A stretch of 64,000 nucleotides of DNA. It comes from Candidatus Hydrogenedentota bacterium. GTDB lineage: Bacteria > Hydrogenedentota > Hydrogenedentia > Hydrogenedentales > CAITNO01. Below are positions 28,304 through 38,033 of this stretch, piece by piece. A program made the translations under genes and the position numbers. The DNA lies in assembly GCA_022706235.1 (NCBI GenBank), contig JAKJCY010000001.1, forward strand, positions 19,592-83,591, in the 5' to 3' direction. Below the pieces are notes generated by a model that searched no databases, was not told where the DNA came from, and worked only from the letters and a program-made list of their open reading frames with translations. Position 1 is the stretch's first letter, and the number at the start of each line of letters is the position of its first letter.

Positions 28304-28486
28304 GGACTTTATCCCACAGCCAAAGAGACAGTCCACCTGTAAAGAAAAGTGCGTAATCGTACCCTATGTCCTGACTGCGCCTGCGCCCTTTGATCCTTCA
28401 TCCTTCATCCTTCAAACTTCAGACTTTATCCTTTCCCCATCCCCCCTCAAGATCAAGGACCACTATTTCAAGCACCAGAGATCCGA

Positions 28487-29851
28487 CTAGCGTGACACAG
28501 GGAAAACCACCACACGGAACCCGAAGTTGAGTTCCCTGAGGTCGGGGGTGACCCCGCCGCGTTCCGCCGAGCGGAGGGCCCTGCTGCCATCGCCCTCGGA
28601 ACCGCCCCGCAATACACGATACGTGCCGGTGGACGGTCCCGTCGGATTCGTCATCGCACCACCCTGATAATAGGTGTCGTCATACCAGTCATGGCACCAC
28701 TCCCACACGTTGCCGCTCATGTCGTACACACCGACCGGACTTGTCGCGTTCACCGTCAGGGTGTCTGGCGCACTCACCCGTGCCGGGTTTACCCCATTAT
28801 ACCAGCCCACAGGCGAGGTGAAAGGGGAATCGGGCAAGCCCAGCGGGTTTGCCCAACCGCTCTTATAGTAATTCGCCCGGGTAAAATCAATGACGTCACT
28901 GGTCATACCATAGCGCCAGTGCCGTCCTTCTCCGGAGGCCGCCCACGCCGCCGCCCGTTCCCACTCCGCCTCTGTGGGCAGGCGGTACCCGTTGCGCACG
29001 GGCCAATAGCGCGTCCAGGTCGCGGTATTATAGAAGGGTTGCAGCCCATGCTTTTCACTCAGCCAATTGCAATAACACACCGCGCCATACCAACTGACAC
29101 AGATCATTGGATGGTTCGCCATGGAATACACCACCCCGCCATGTCCCGTGCGGCTGCACACACCAAACTCACCCCACCCATAAGTGATTTGAGCGTCAAT
29201 CGAACTGGCTGCTGTGTCCGCGATAGGCTGGCCGTAGGCATAAATCAACCCGTACGTGTACGCGCCACCGCTGGAATTGGTCAGGTAGCCCTGCCCTTTG
29301 GCCCAGTTCAACACGTCGGCGTACTCCTGGTTCGTTACTTCATACTTACCGATACGATAGGCATCCAGGTACACATCATGCACCGGCACTTCATCGCTAT
29401 CTCCTTCATTCCAGGGGTCGCCCATCTCAAAGGTACACGCGGGTACGTCCACCAATTCGCCCGGAACCACCACCGGCTCACCTTCCACGGGAATCTCGCC
29501 TTCACCTTCTCCCTCTCCCTCTTCCTCTCCCTCAATAATCTCTCCTTCTATCTCCCCTTCGCCTTCATCCGGAAACGGCAACATCCAGCACATCGGCGGG
29601 GCTTGTGAGGGATCATAGACGTATCCTTCCCCGTTCTGCCACAGATACGCCACGCGGATGGCATACCCTATCGGATTATCGCCCTGCTGCCAGCCCGCGA
29701 GATAGGACATGGCTTCGTTTATGGCCAGCCGCCAGTTCATATCCGCGTCCGCCGGGTGGCCCTCGAAAAACTCGCTCCCCTTCAAGTCATAGGAAGCCTC
29801 CCCCTGAGACATACTGGCGCCGAAAAAAACGGCCGCCATCAGCAATAGCAC
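28487..29851 (-). CDS. secreted FGE/SUMF1-family (C-type-lectin-fold) protein with an acidic EGE-rich linker
   Basis: GNVWEWCHDWYDD, RVLRGGS and NFGFRV are signatures of the formylglycine-generating-enzyme family. The linker reads EGEGEIEGEIIEGEEEGEGEGEGEIPVEGE. Confidence 0.8.
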   Translation of the reverse strand: MLLLMAAVFFGASMSQGEASYDLKGSEFFEGHPADADMNWRLAINEAMSYLAGWQQGDNPIGYAIRVAYLWQNGEGYVYDPSQAPPMCWMLPFPDEGEGEIEGEIIEGEEEGEGEGEGEIPVEGEPVVVPGELVDVPACTFEMGDPWNEGDSDEVPVHDVYLDAYRIGKYEVTNQEYADVLNWAKGQGYLTNSSGGAYTYGLIYAYGQPIADTAASSIDAQITYGWGEFGVCSRTGHGGVVYSMANHPMICVSWYGAVCYCNWLSEKHGLQPFYNTATWTRYWPVRNGYRLPTEAEWERAAAWAASGEGRHWRYGMTSDVIDFTRANYYKSGWANPLGLPDSPFTSPVGWYNGVNPARVSAPDTLTVNATSPVGVYDMSGNVWEWCHDWYDDTYYQGGAMTNPTGPSTGTYRVLRGGSEGDGSRALRSAERGGVTPDLRELNFGFRVVVFPVSR

Positions 29852-29989
29852 TACCCCCCCCGATTACGTCGCCCTGCACACTTTGCGTACATGGTCTAAC
29901 CCTTCATTTTGGTTTATGTAGATTCCATCTTTCTTCGAAAGGCTTAAGAAAAAAAACATGAAGACTAGAGCATCCTAATCCCTTGCACT

Positions 29990-30043
29990 CGAAAAAATAA
30001 AATGGAAATTAAAGATGCAGGGCGTACCCGCTACCTCCGCATC
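29990..30043 (-). terminator. probable rho-independent terminator of the mntA-hepT operon
   Basis: On the minus strand, GATGCGGAGG-loop-CCCTGCATC is followed by TTTAATTTCCATTTTATTTTTT. Confidence 0.4.
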
Positions 30044-30047
30044 AGGG

Positions 30048-30392
30048 TTACTTGCACGCTGCGATTAGCGCTTCAAGTTCCTCGTTCAATAACGGGAGTT
30101 TATTATGCAGAATTTCCCAAATAATTTCAGTCGAAACCACATCATAGCCATGGACCAGCACATGCCTTAGACGGATAATACGCTGATATTCGGAGATGCG
30201 CCGGCATATATCCGGATTAACGCGTTCAAGCACATAACACGCCTCGCCAATAATCTGTAATTCACGCTCCACCGCTGAACGGAATCCCCGGTCCTGGCAA
30301 AGGTCTTCATGGGTGCGCTTCTCAATAAAAGCCTGCACAAAACGGCATGAATCGAGCATATCAAAGAGGTATTTTCGCGGATCAGGCGGCAT
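30048..30392 (-). CDS. hepT: HepT-like (DUF86/HEPN) toxin
   Basis: The Rx4H motif lies in IIRLRHVLVHGYD. The start is taken at ATG 30392, which overlaps the mntA stop by 11 nt. Confidence 0.8.
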   Translation of the reverse strand: MPPDPRKYLFDMLDSCRFVQAFIEKRTHEDLCQDRGFRSAVERELQIIGEACYVLERVNPDICRRISEYQRIIRLRHVLVHGYDVVSTEIIWEILHNKLPLLNEELEALIAACK

Positions 30393-30696
30393 ATACGTTT
30401 TCTCGAGATGCTTCCAGCGATTGAATAAAGTAGGGGTTGCGCAAAGAGGAATATTCCACCAAGTCAACCTGTCGCTCGAACACTTGTTCTAACCCTTCCA
30501 ACAGACCGAAATAACATTCGTAATGCATTTTGGTATCACAAGGTAAAAACTCAACGACAAAATCAATATCGCTGTGAGTCGGATCAAAGGTGTGATTTGT
30601 CACGGAACCAAAAACGTCCAGCCGCAGAACCCGAAAAGTATTGCATAAATCAACAATCTCTTTTTGTTTCTCTTCTAACAACGCTATCATCGCCAC
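30382..30696 (-). CDS. mntA: MntA-like nucleotidyltransferase antitoxin
   Basis: The minimal nucleotidyltransferase motif is VFGSVTNHTFDPTHSDIDFVVEF (GS...DxD). Confidence 0.8.
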   Translation of the reverse strand: MAMIALLEEKQKEIVDLCNTFRVLRLDVFGSVTNHTFDPTHSDIDFVVEFLPCDTKMHYECYFGLLEGLEQVFERQVDLVEYSSLRNPYFIQSLEASRENVYAA

Positions 30697-30972
30697 AATC
30701 TCCCGATGCTTTTAAATTCGTCTATACAAAGGGTAAAGCATGGGAGGCATTCTTGTCAATTTCTTGTGAAAGAAGAAAGAAGGGGCAAATGCCGAACTTC
30801 AGGCAGTATTGATTTGGACAAGACACAACGGTGATATCGTGTAGGGGCGTAGGACTCGCAGGATACGTAGGACATAATTTGTCCCGCCAGTACTATCTGT
30901 CTTCCCGGCCTTCCTGCCCGCCGGGCGCGTATGCCGGCGTTCCGAAAACCGGGGACATCCTTGAATTCCTTC

Positions 30973-31809
30973 CTATCCCGGGATAAATGCGCTTAAGAAG
31001 CGTTTCCATCCCGCCAGGTACGCGTCCATGGAGAGCACGAAGCCGTCGTTGTGGTTTCCCCGGATTTCGAGAAACATTTTGGGCGGTTTCGCCGCTTCAT
31101 AAATGGCTTTCCCGTGTTTATACGGTATCAGCGTATCCTCGGGGCTGTGAATGACGAGGAGGGGGGCCTGAAAATACGGCACGCGTTCAAGGGTCGGAAA
31201 CGAATGCCGGATACCCTTCGCCATGAAGTTGCCGAAGGGCATGTCCCGCACCACTGCGGGCAGCGAACAGAAGGTGCTTTCCAGCACTACGGCGGCCGGC
31301 TTCACGCGGGAGGCCAGATAGGCTGTGGCCGCCCCGCCGAGGGACCGTCCGAAGAGGAGGATTCTTTCGGGGGCGATGCCCCTGTCTTCGGTCAAATACT
31401 TCCAGGCCGCTTCCGCGTCCGCGTAGATACGCTGCTCCGACGGCCTGCCCGTGCTCCGGCCGTATCCCCCGTAATCATAAGCCAGCACGGAAAAGCCCAT
31501 CGTGCGCAGGAGTTGAATGGATTCGAGGCGATCGGCCATATTGCCGGCATTGCCGTGGCTGAACAGTACGGTGGTTGCCGCGCCTTCCAGGGGGATGAAC
31601 CAAGCGTGGGTCCGCTCGCCGTTTACGTCGAGAAATATCTCCTCAAAGCGCCAGTTGAAAGGGGCGGACGACGGAGTGCGATAGATGTTTCGCGTCGCCG
31701 GGAATATCACGTATTCCTGAAGGTGATACGCGCAAAACAAAAGCAGGACCAGGGCGACCGGAATCAGAATTAAAAAAGAAAACATGAATTTCTTCCATCT
31801 TTGAATCAT
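30973..31809 (-). CDS. alpha/beta hydrolase
   Basis: Nucleophile elbow GRSLGG, plus HGNAGN and an N-terminal TM segment. The start could be 31809 or 31785. Confidence 0.7.
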   Translation of the reverse strand: MIQRWKKFMFSFLILIPVALVLLLFCAYHLQEYVIFPATRNIYRTPSSAPFNWRFEEIFLDVNGERTHAWFIPLEGAATTVLFSHGNAGNMADRLESIQLLRTMGFSVLAYDYGGYGRSTGRPSEQRIYADAEAAWKYLTEDRGIAPERILLFGRSLGGAATAYLASRVKPAAVVLESTFCSLPAVVRDMPFGNFMAKGIRHSFPTLERVPYFQAPLLVIHSPEDTLIPYKHGKAIYEAAKPPKMFLEIRGNHNDGFVLSMDAYLAGWKRFLSAFIPG

Positions 31810-31990
31810 ACGAGTATAGCAGGTGAGACGCTGCATTCGCTGCGGCCTGTTACCACAAATATGGGTGTGTATCCCCAAGATAGTAAATACCATTCTGACT
31901 TCAGACTTCCTGACCTCGTCGGGGTTATTCAATGATTACACGGAATCCGGTTCGGTACTATTTTGAAGCCATGTTCGTATAGGACCGCAA

Positions 31991-32100
31991 GAAAAGGACA
32001 GACCCCGAAATAGCCAATAGCAGTAAAGGGCATCCATGTTTCGTTATTGACGGCTATTTCATCGTCAGTCCCTTTTTGCTCCGTCTTTTTGTTCGTTTTC
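31991..32100. repeat. family-B palindromic element copy 2
   Basis: GAAAAGGACAGACCCCGAAATAGCC (31991-32015) pairs with GGCTATTTCATCGTCAGTCCCTTTTTGC (32052-32079). The tail TGCTCCGTCTTTTTGTTCGTTTT parallels copy 1. Confidence 0.7.
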
Positions 32101-32248
32101 CAGTGCCATAGGCATTTCCGACGAGACCAGGATAGCTGAACTCAGGCTCTACGATACGGATTTCAAAGACGGAAAGCAATTGTTGAGGCAACGCGATTTC
32201 TATTTAATACCGATAGTACGGTATAGTAGTTTTCGAGAGGCAGGAAAT

Positions 32249-33721
32249 ATGGAACATCAGCAACAACCCACCCCATCTCTGCGACTGGCACTATTCCCTT
32301 GTGTGTTGTTAATAGCCGGGATTGTGCTCAATGTATATCTTTTCAAGGATGCGGCCAGTTCCGGCCCCAATCAGATTGCGTTACTTCTTTCGGGTATTTT
32401 TGTCGCTCTGCTGGGCCATGTATTTCTGGGACTGCGCTACCGGGAAATAGAGACACGGGCCATCAAATCCATCGTTCTGGCCATGGAGGCCATCCTGATT
32501 CTCATGGTGGTGGGATGTCTCATCGGGCTGTGGATTCTAAGCGGCATCGTACCCACCATGATTTATTACGGCATTCAGATTTTAACCCCGGTCGTTTTCC
32601 TGCCGTTGGTCTGCCTGGTATGTTCAATTGTTTCCCTGGCGGTAGGCAGCAGCTGGTCAACCATGGGCACGGTAGGCATCGCACTTTTAGGCATCGGCCG
32701 GGTGCTGGGTTTTCCTGACCCGCTGGTAGCAGGGGCCATCATTTCCGGAGCCTATTTCGGCGATAAGATGTCGCCTCTTTCGGATACGACCAACCTGGCA
32801 TCTGGAATTGCGGGCAGCCAGTTGTTTGTTCACATTCGGCATATGTTCTATACCACCATTCCCAGTTATACAATCGCTATGATACTCTTTGCGGCTATCA
32901 GCTTGTTCTACCGGCCGGGAGAATATAATGATGCCTCAGTAAACGAAATACTGACCGGTATAGAATTAAATTTTTTCGTGCATTGGTCACTGCTTCTTGT
33001 CCCCTTACTTGTAATCATTCTGGCCGCGAAGGGCATGCCCGCCTTGCCTGCGCTCACATTGGGCGCACTGCTGGGCGCAGGGGTTGCATTATTATGGCAG
33101 CCCCTGCGGTTTATGTCAGAAACGGGCGTCATCATGACGGGGCCTGAACGCTACGGCATGATCATAATGACCGCTTACAACGGTTTCAGATTGGACAGTG
33201 GCCGGGATTCTCTGGATTCACTGTTATCGCAGGGCGGTCTTTCGGGTATGTATGATACGGTCGCATTAATTTTGTCGGCTATGTTCTTCGGCGGTGCCAT
33301 GGAGGCGACCGGGTTGATGCGTCGAATTGCGGGTGCTATTTTGCACCATGTCCGCGGTGCGGGCAGTTTGATTAGTGCAACCGTGGGCAGCACAATACTG
33401 GTCAATATTTTCCTCGCGGAACAATACCTGGCCATTGTGTTGACGGGGCGTATGTACCGTACTGAATATCAAAATCGCGGACTGGATGCGCGTAACCTTT
33501 CGCGGGCTTTGGAAGATGGCGGCACCCTGACGTCTGTGCTGGTGCCCTGGAATACGTGCGGGGCTTTTGCTGCCAGTGTGCTGGGGATATCCACCCTTTC
33601 CTATCTGCCCTTTTGTTTCTTCAATCTGGCCTCCCCCGTGGTGGCCATTATTCTGGCGGCGATGCACATCGGCATCAAGACGCTTGCTACGGCGACGCCT
33701 GAGCAACTATCGGAGTCTTGA
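32249..33721 (+). CDS. nhaC: Na+/H+ antiporter, NhaC family
   Basis: IISGAYFGDKMSPLSDTTNLA is an NhaC signature. The protein is multi-pass. The start is taken at ATG 32249. Confidence 0.8.
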   Translation: MEHQQQPTPSLRLALFPCVLLIAGIVLNVYLFKDAASSGPNQIALLLSGIFVALLGHVFLGLRYREIETRAIKSIVLAMEAILILMVVGCLIGLWILSGIVPTMIYYGIQILTPVVFLPLVCLVCSIVSLAVGSSWSTMGTVGIALLGIGRVLGFPDPLVAGAIISGAYFGDKMSPLSDTTNLASGIAGSQLFVHIRHMFYTTIPSYTIAMILFAAISLFYRPGEYNDASVNEILTGIELNFFVHWSLLLVPLLVIILAAKGMPALPALTLGALLGAGVALLWQPLRFMSETGVIMTGPERYGMIIMTAYNGFRLDSGRDSLDSLLSQGGLSGMYDTVALILSAMFFGGAMEATGLMRRIAGAILHHVRGAGSLISATVGSTILVNIFLAEQYLAIVLTGRMYRTEYQNRGLDARNLSRALEDGGTLTSVLVPWNTCGAFAASVLGISTLSYLPFCFFNLASPVVAIILAAMHIGIKTLATATPEQLSES

Positions 33722-33728
33722 AGGACGT

Positions 33729-34727
33729 TCACCTTTCCACACGGTGTTCCGTGATACGGATGACCACTTTTCCAAGCGGTCCCGCATGCAAGTGTTCAAA
33801 TGCGTCCTGAACATCTTCCATGGGAAAGATGCGGCTGATTAACGGGCGTTTGCTGCTGTTCCCATAACATCCCAATATGGAATCCCAGGCGTCCTGAATT
33901 TCGTTTGGCGTGAAGGCGCTTACACTGAGCCCCTGGAGCCTGAGATTCTTATGAATGAGCAGACCGAGGGTAATCTCCGACTTCAAATCCGCCAGCAGTC
34001 CCACTACGAGGATGCGTCCATGCGCCGCGATAATACGCGCGCATTTTTCAAGAAAGGGCCCGCCCAGCGTGTCTAATATTAGTGAAACGGGTTTCTCGCC
34101 GGCAGCCTGACGTACTTCCTGTTCCAGGGACGGCGACCCGATGTCGAGCGCATAATCGGCACCCATGGCTTCCAGCGTTTTCCGTTTCGATTTGCTTCGT
34201 GAAAGCGCTATGACCCGGGCGCCCCGGGCCTTGGCTAAAAATATGGCCGCCGTGCCCACTCCCCCGGATGCCCCCGTGATTAAAACCGTGTCCGCCCCGG
34301 TAAGGCCGCCGCAAATCACCAAGGCGCGCCATGCGGTGAGATGGACAAGAGGCGCCGCTGCCGCCTGCTCAAAAGTCCAATTCGCGGGAACGGGCGCCAG
34401 CCATGCCTCGGGGACCGGACAGTATTCGGCCAAGGTGCCGGGCCTGGATACTCCCGTCAATCCGCCCAGAATGCAGACCTTGTCCCCGGCCTTGAAGCGA
34501 CCACCGGCAGCGGGCTGTAGAATAATGCCGGCACCGTCCCGTCCTGGCGTGAACGGCGGAGTTCCCGCTCGCGGATATTGTCCCTGTACCAGGTAGCGGT
34601 CTGCCGGGTTCAGGGCGGCGCAATGTATATTAACCAGTGCTTCATCAGGACCGGGAACCGGTTTTTCCGTCTCTTCCAGAATCAGGTTTCTGATATCACC
34701 CGGTTCATGAAAACGCCATGTACGCAT
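33729..34727 (-). CDS. zinc-type alcohol dehydrogenase / NADPH:quinone oxidoreductase family
   Basis: MDR fold with LITGASGGVGTAAIFLAKARGARVIA, a Rossmann motif. Confidence 0.75.
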   Translation of the reverse strand: MRTWRFHEPGDIRNLILEETEKPVPGPDEALVNIHCAALNPADRYLVQGQYPRAGTPPFTPGRDGAGIILQPAAGGRFKAGDKVCILGGLTGVSRPGTLAEYCPVPEAWLAPVPANWTFEQAAAAPLVHLTAWRALVICGGLTGADTVLITGASGGVGTAAIFLAKARGARVIALSRSKSKRKTLEAMGADYALDIGSPSLEQEVRQAAGEKPVSLILDTLGGPFLEKCARIIAAHGRILVVGLLADLKSEITLGLLIHKNLRLQGLSVSAFTPNEIQDAWDSILGCYGNSSKRPLISRIFPMEDVQDAFEHLHAGPLGKVVIRITEHRVER

Positions 34728-34856
34728 GTCTGCATTCCTTGTACTGTGGTTGGCGTTCCGTTTTAATAAGGTGGAACCGAAGGTCTCCCGTTATCATAAC
34801 ACAGAAAAGGCAAAGAAACACCTCCGGTGTATGCGTCCGGAAAGATAAAGGCCGCT

Positions 34857-35807
34857 CTATATCAAGCCGAGTTGACGCAATCCCTCCATACCCTCTTGCA
34901 CTTCACAAGCCGAGTGGTGTAAAGCCGCGGTTTCTTGCTCGGTCAATTTTAATTCAACCACATTTTCAACGCCGGAACGGCCCAAAAGGCAAGGCACACC
35001 CATATAGATATCGTTGAGGCCATATTCGCCGTTCAGGTACGCCGCGCACGGCAATACTTGACGCTCATCACGCAGTATGGACTGCGCCATGCGGACCGCA
35101 CCGGCCGCCGGTGCATAGAATGCACTCCCGGTCTTTAAAAGACGCACGATTTCACCGCCTCCGTCTCGGGTACGGGCGATAATGGCAGCTATCCGCTCCT
35201 GCGCCATGAGTTGGGTTATCGGGATTCCCGAAACAGTCGTATACTGAGGCAGGGGGACCATGGCGTCGCCATGGGAACCCAATACCATGGTGTCCACATT
35301 GGTCATGCTGACACTGAGCTCCATGGCGACAAAGGCGCGCATTCTGGCGCTGTCCAGGCAGCCTGCCATGCCGAGCACGCGGTTGTTCGGAAAGCCCAGG
35401 GTCTTATAGGCGAGATAGACCATCACATCGAGCGGGTTGGTCACAATAATGACGATGGCATCCGGTGCGTGTTGCTTGATTTGTCCACAAATGCCGGAGA
35501 TGATACGGCCATTTTTCTCAAGCAAGTCCAGACGCGTCATACCGGGTTTACGCGGTAAGCCCGCCGTGACAATCACCAGGTCCGCTCCGGCGATATCGGC
35601 ATAGTCGTTAGTGCCCGTACACGTCACGCTGTAGTTGCGTATGGGGCCGGCTTCCGTCATGTCCAGGGCTTTGCCCTGGGGAAGGCCTTCCACAATGTCC
35701 ACCAAGACGACATTGCCCAATCCCATTTCCAGGCAATACTGCGCAGCCGTTGCGCCCACATTCCCTGCACCGATGCAGGCAATTTTCGGTACTCCTTGTG
35801 TATGCAT
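34857..35807 (-). CDS. mdh: malate dehydrogenase (LDH-like type)
   Basis: KIACIGAGNVGATAA, VTAGLPRKPGMTRLDLL and LGSHGD. Confidence 0.9.
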   Translation of the reverse strand: MHTQGVPKIACIGAGNVGATAAQYCLEMGLGNVVLVDIVEGLPQGKALDMTEAGPIRNYSVTCTGTNDYADIAGADLVIVTAGLPRKPGMTRLDLLEKNGRIISGICGQIKQHAPDAIVIIVTNPLDVMVYLAYKTLGFPNNRVLGMAGCLDSARMRAFVAMELSVSMTNVDTMVLGSHGDAMVPLPQYTTVSGIPITQLMAQERIAAIIARTRDGGGEIVRLLKTGSAFYAPAAGAVRMAQSILRDERQVLPCAAYLNGEYGLNDIYMGVPCLLGRSGVENVVELKLTEQETAALHHSACEVQEGMEGLRQLGLI

Positions 35808-35824
35808 TTTGTGTGCTTCCTTTT

Positions 35825-37090
35825 TTAGTTCGCCGGTACAGGTTGTACCCAGGCCATTTCCAAATCCCCCTCGCGGAACGGGTTGGGATGCGGTTTGTCT
35901 GAAATCACGATAGCCCTGACATATAGTTCGTTTCCGGAAAAACGATATGCGGGGGCCGTGTTTTTGCTTTCCGCGAGTACTTCTCCTATCTCATCCCCAT
36001 AGACACGGGACGCTCTTTCGGGAATCTCGCCATTTGGATCTTTATATTCATGTGATTCGGTGGAGCACCCGTTTTTAGACCCTATGAACTTGGTTGTGTA
36101 AGCGACTCCGCGCTCCTCTTTAATCTTGAAAGACAGACCCGTATCTTCGCGGAGGATACTGTCCAGTATAACACCGGTTGAAGCGTAGAAGTTGCCCGCC
36201 TTCATGGCGTCCATTAAAACGGCTGCATCCAGGGTGGAGGCGGATACCATCACCCACCCCCTGCCCGGGTTGGCCTCACCAGTGCCAAAATTAAAGTAAT
36301 TGTGCGCGTCATCCGATGCCACACCATAGAGGGGATTGTTTTGCCCCTTAACCAGGCGCATGGTCAGTACCGCATCCCAATATTGGTCTGTTGATGGATA
36401 CCCTTTGCGTTCATGGCCCCAATTGTTGACACTGGGGTGACCGTTAAACACCTCAAAGAAACGGTAGTCCGGAAGTTGCAGCATTTCTTCAAGCGTGACG
36501 GCTTCCGCAAAGTTCGGGTGATTTAAAATTGTGAGCATGGGACGGCCCATCTTTGCCTCCTGCTCCGCTACAGCCTCCGCATACGCCCGAGCGGCGGGAA
36601 CCGCCTCCGCTTTTGCCTTGGCGGGAATTTCTTCTTCTATGTTCAGACCGTTTACGTGAGGGCCCGACATCAAGGACGTAATTTCTTCCCCATGAATGAG
36701 TAGAAAACTGCCCGTCTCATTAAACCGGGTTTCCAGTTCGGCGAATGTTTTTAATCGTAGACGGGATTTCCCTTTCTCTTCAACCTGTTCCACCCAGGTT
36801 GCACCAAACTTATCCTTGAGCATCGCCACATGTTCCGGAGTAGGCCCGCTGTTTTCGGTGATATCACGAAACCTTTCCCGGTTCTGCATCTGGTTGTGTT
36901 CCGTTACACAAACAAAATTCCAGCCATGCTCCTTGTACCAGGACACGGGCACCTCCGGTGCGGCATCGCCATCGCTTCGCAGGGAATGTACGTGCAGCGC
37001 GCCTTTATACCACTGTTCGCAAAGACCCGGGGCGGCGGAGAATGCTACAAGGGAAAGCAGGAAAACCCAACCATAATTTCTTTTTGGCAT
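35825..37090 (-). CDS. secreted PHP-domain metal-dependent phosphoesterase-like protein
   Basis: Signal peptide present. HVHSLRSDGD is a PHP motif. Confidence 0.5.
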   Translation of the reverse strand: MPKRNYGWVFLLSLVAFSAAPGLCEQWYKGALHVHSLRSDGDAAPEVPVSWYKEHGWNFVCVTEHNQMQNRERFRDITENSGPTPEHVAMLKDKFGATWVEQVEEKGKSRLRLKTFAELETRFNETGSFLLIHGEEITSLMSGPHVNGLNIEEEIPAKAKAEAVPAARAYAEAVAEQEAKMGRPMLTILNHPNFAEAVTLEEMLQLPDYRFFEVFNGHPSVNNWGHERKGYPSTDQYWDAVLTMRLVKGQNNPLYGVASDDAHNYFNFGTGEANPGRGWVMVSASTLDAAVLMDAMKAGNFYASTGVILDSILREDTGLSFKIKEERGVAYTTKFIGSKNGCSTESHEYKDPNGEIPERASRVYGDEIGEVLAESKNTAPAYRFSGNELYVRAIVISDKPHPNPFREGDLEMAWVQPVPAN

Positions 37091-37181
37091 CCTATTGATT
37101 CTTTCTGTCCATGATATGGTGCAGGCTCGTCCCGGTAGTATATGCCTGAGCGTTTTTAATATAACCTCTTAATGGGGACAA

Positions 37182-37841
37182 CTAACGCATTTCCGAAAAA
37201 TACCGGGCCTCAATCAGCAGACACAGCGTATGCCAGATCGCAGCATGCGCCTCCTGGATAACCTTGGTGGAGTTTCCGGGTGCCTTGATGGCAATATCGG
37301 CAAAACCCGCCATCTCTCCCCCCTTCGGTCCGGTAAGTACGGCGGTAACGCCGCCGCGCGCCTTGGCGACGGAAAGCGCCATCATGCAATTGCGGGCATT
37401 TCCCGATGTACTGATGGCGAGAAGCATGTCTCCCGGTACCATGAGAGCATTCAGTTCCTGGGCAAAAGCGATATTGGGCAGCGGGCAGTCGTTTTCTATG
37501 GCGGTTTTCAATGCGCCGTTGAGTCCAAGGGTTATGGCGGGAAGTCCCGCCTCCAAATGTTCGGCCAAATCGCTGCCGCAGGGCAAACCGGCAAGCGCTG
37601 TCCGGAATGCGGAGTCAAGGGGCCTTTTGCGCTCAAAACTTTTGCATAACTCCCCGACAATATGAAGGGCATCGGCGTGGGAACCGCCGTTGCCGCAGGT
37701 GAAAAAACAGTGTCTCTTGTCAAAACATTCAGTTAGCGCTATATGGAATTTGTGGATATCCTCAAGGCAGTTTGATAAGTCAGGGCGGCGTTCCAGAAGC
37801 GCATCTACAATCGCCCTTTCGTCTTGAGTCCAATAACACAT
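37182..37841 (-). CDS. SIS-domain protein, phosphoheptose isomerase (GmhA/DiaA)-like
   Basis: CGNGGSHADALH and LLAISTSGNARN. The start is taken at ATG 37841. Confidence 0.7.
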   Translation of the reverse strand: MCYWTQDERAIVDALLERRPDLSNCLEDIHKFHIALTECFDKRHCFFTCGNGGSHADALHIVGELCKSFERKRPLDSAFRTALAGLPCGSDLAEHLEAGLPAITLGLNGALKTAIENDCPLPNIAFAQELNALMVPGDMLLAISTSGNARNCMMALSVAKARGGVTAVLTGPKGGEMAGFADIAIKAPGNSTKVIQEAHAAIWHTLCLLIEARYFSEMR

Positions 37842-38033
37842 AAGTAGGTTGCCTTTCTTGGGGATAGAATTAATCCGCTTGCCATGTAAGGGCGATCTTT
37901 CACTTCCCGATGGCAGCCATGAGAGAAAGCCGAACATTATTACCGATCCATTACCGAAACCGCCGACGCCATTATGGTATCATATTTGTTATGACAGGGT
38001 CATAATGCATGGGCCGGTTTTCGGGATGGTTTT

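Noticed and set aside
27832-28342. Three ORFs (27899..28342 +, 27832..28275 -, 28043..28282 -) as protein genes
   Set aside because: All three are open only because the 21-bp (7-codon) repeat lacks stops in several frames. They overlap one another, have no RBS or family resemblance, and their non-repeat ends look random. I kept the array as a repeat finding instead.
28691-29608. Long antisense ORFs opposite well-supported genes (28691..29608, 31051..31773, 39084..39761, 17238..17930, 61591..62196, 62590..63402, 49814..50515)
   Set aside because: Each lies fully inside a gene with clear family motifs on the other strand. Their sequences are Arg/Gly/Pro/His-rich, as expected for shadow frames of GC-biased coding DNA.
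28487-29851. A complete diversity-generating retroelement around the FGE/CLec-fold gene
   Set aside because: No reverse transcriptase ORF (no YxDD-type motif seen) and no template-repeat copy of the gene's 3' end were found within the window. Only the weaker trans-acting DGR possibility is kept as a finding.
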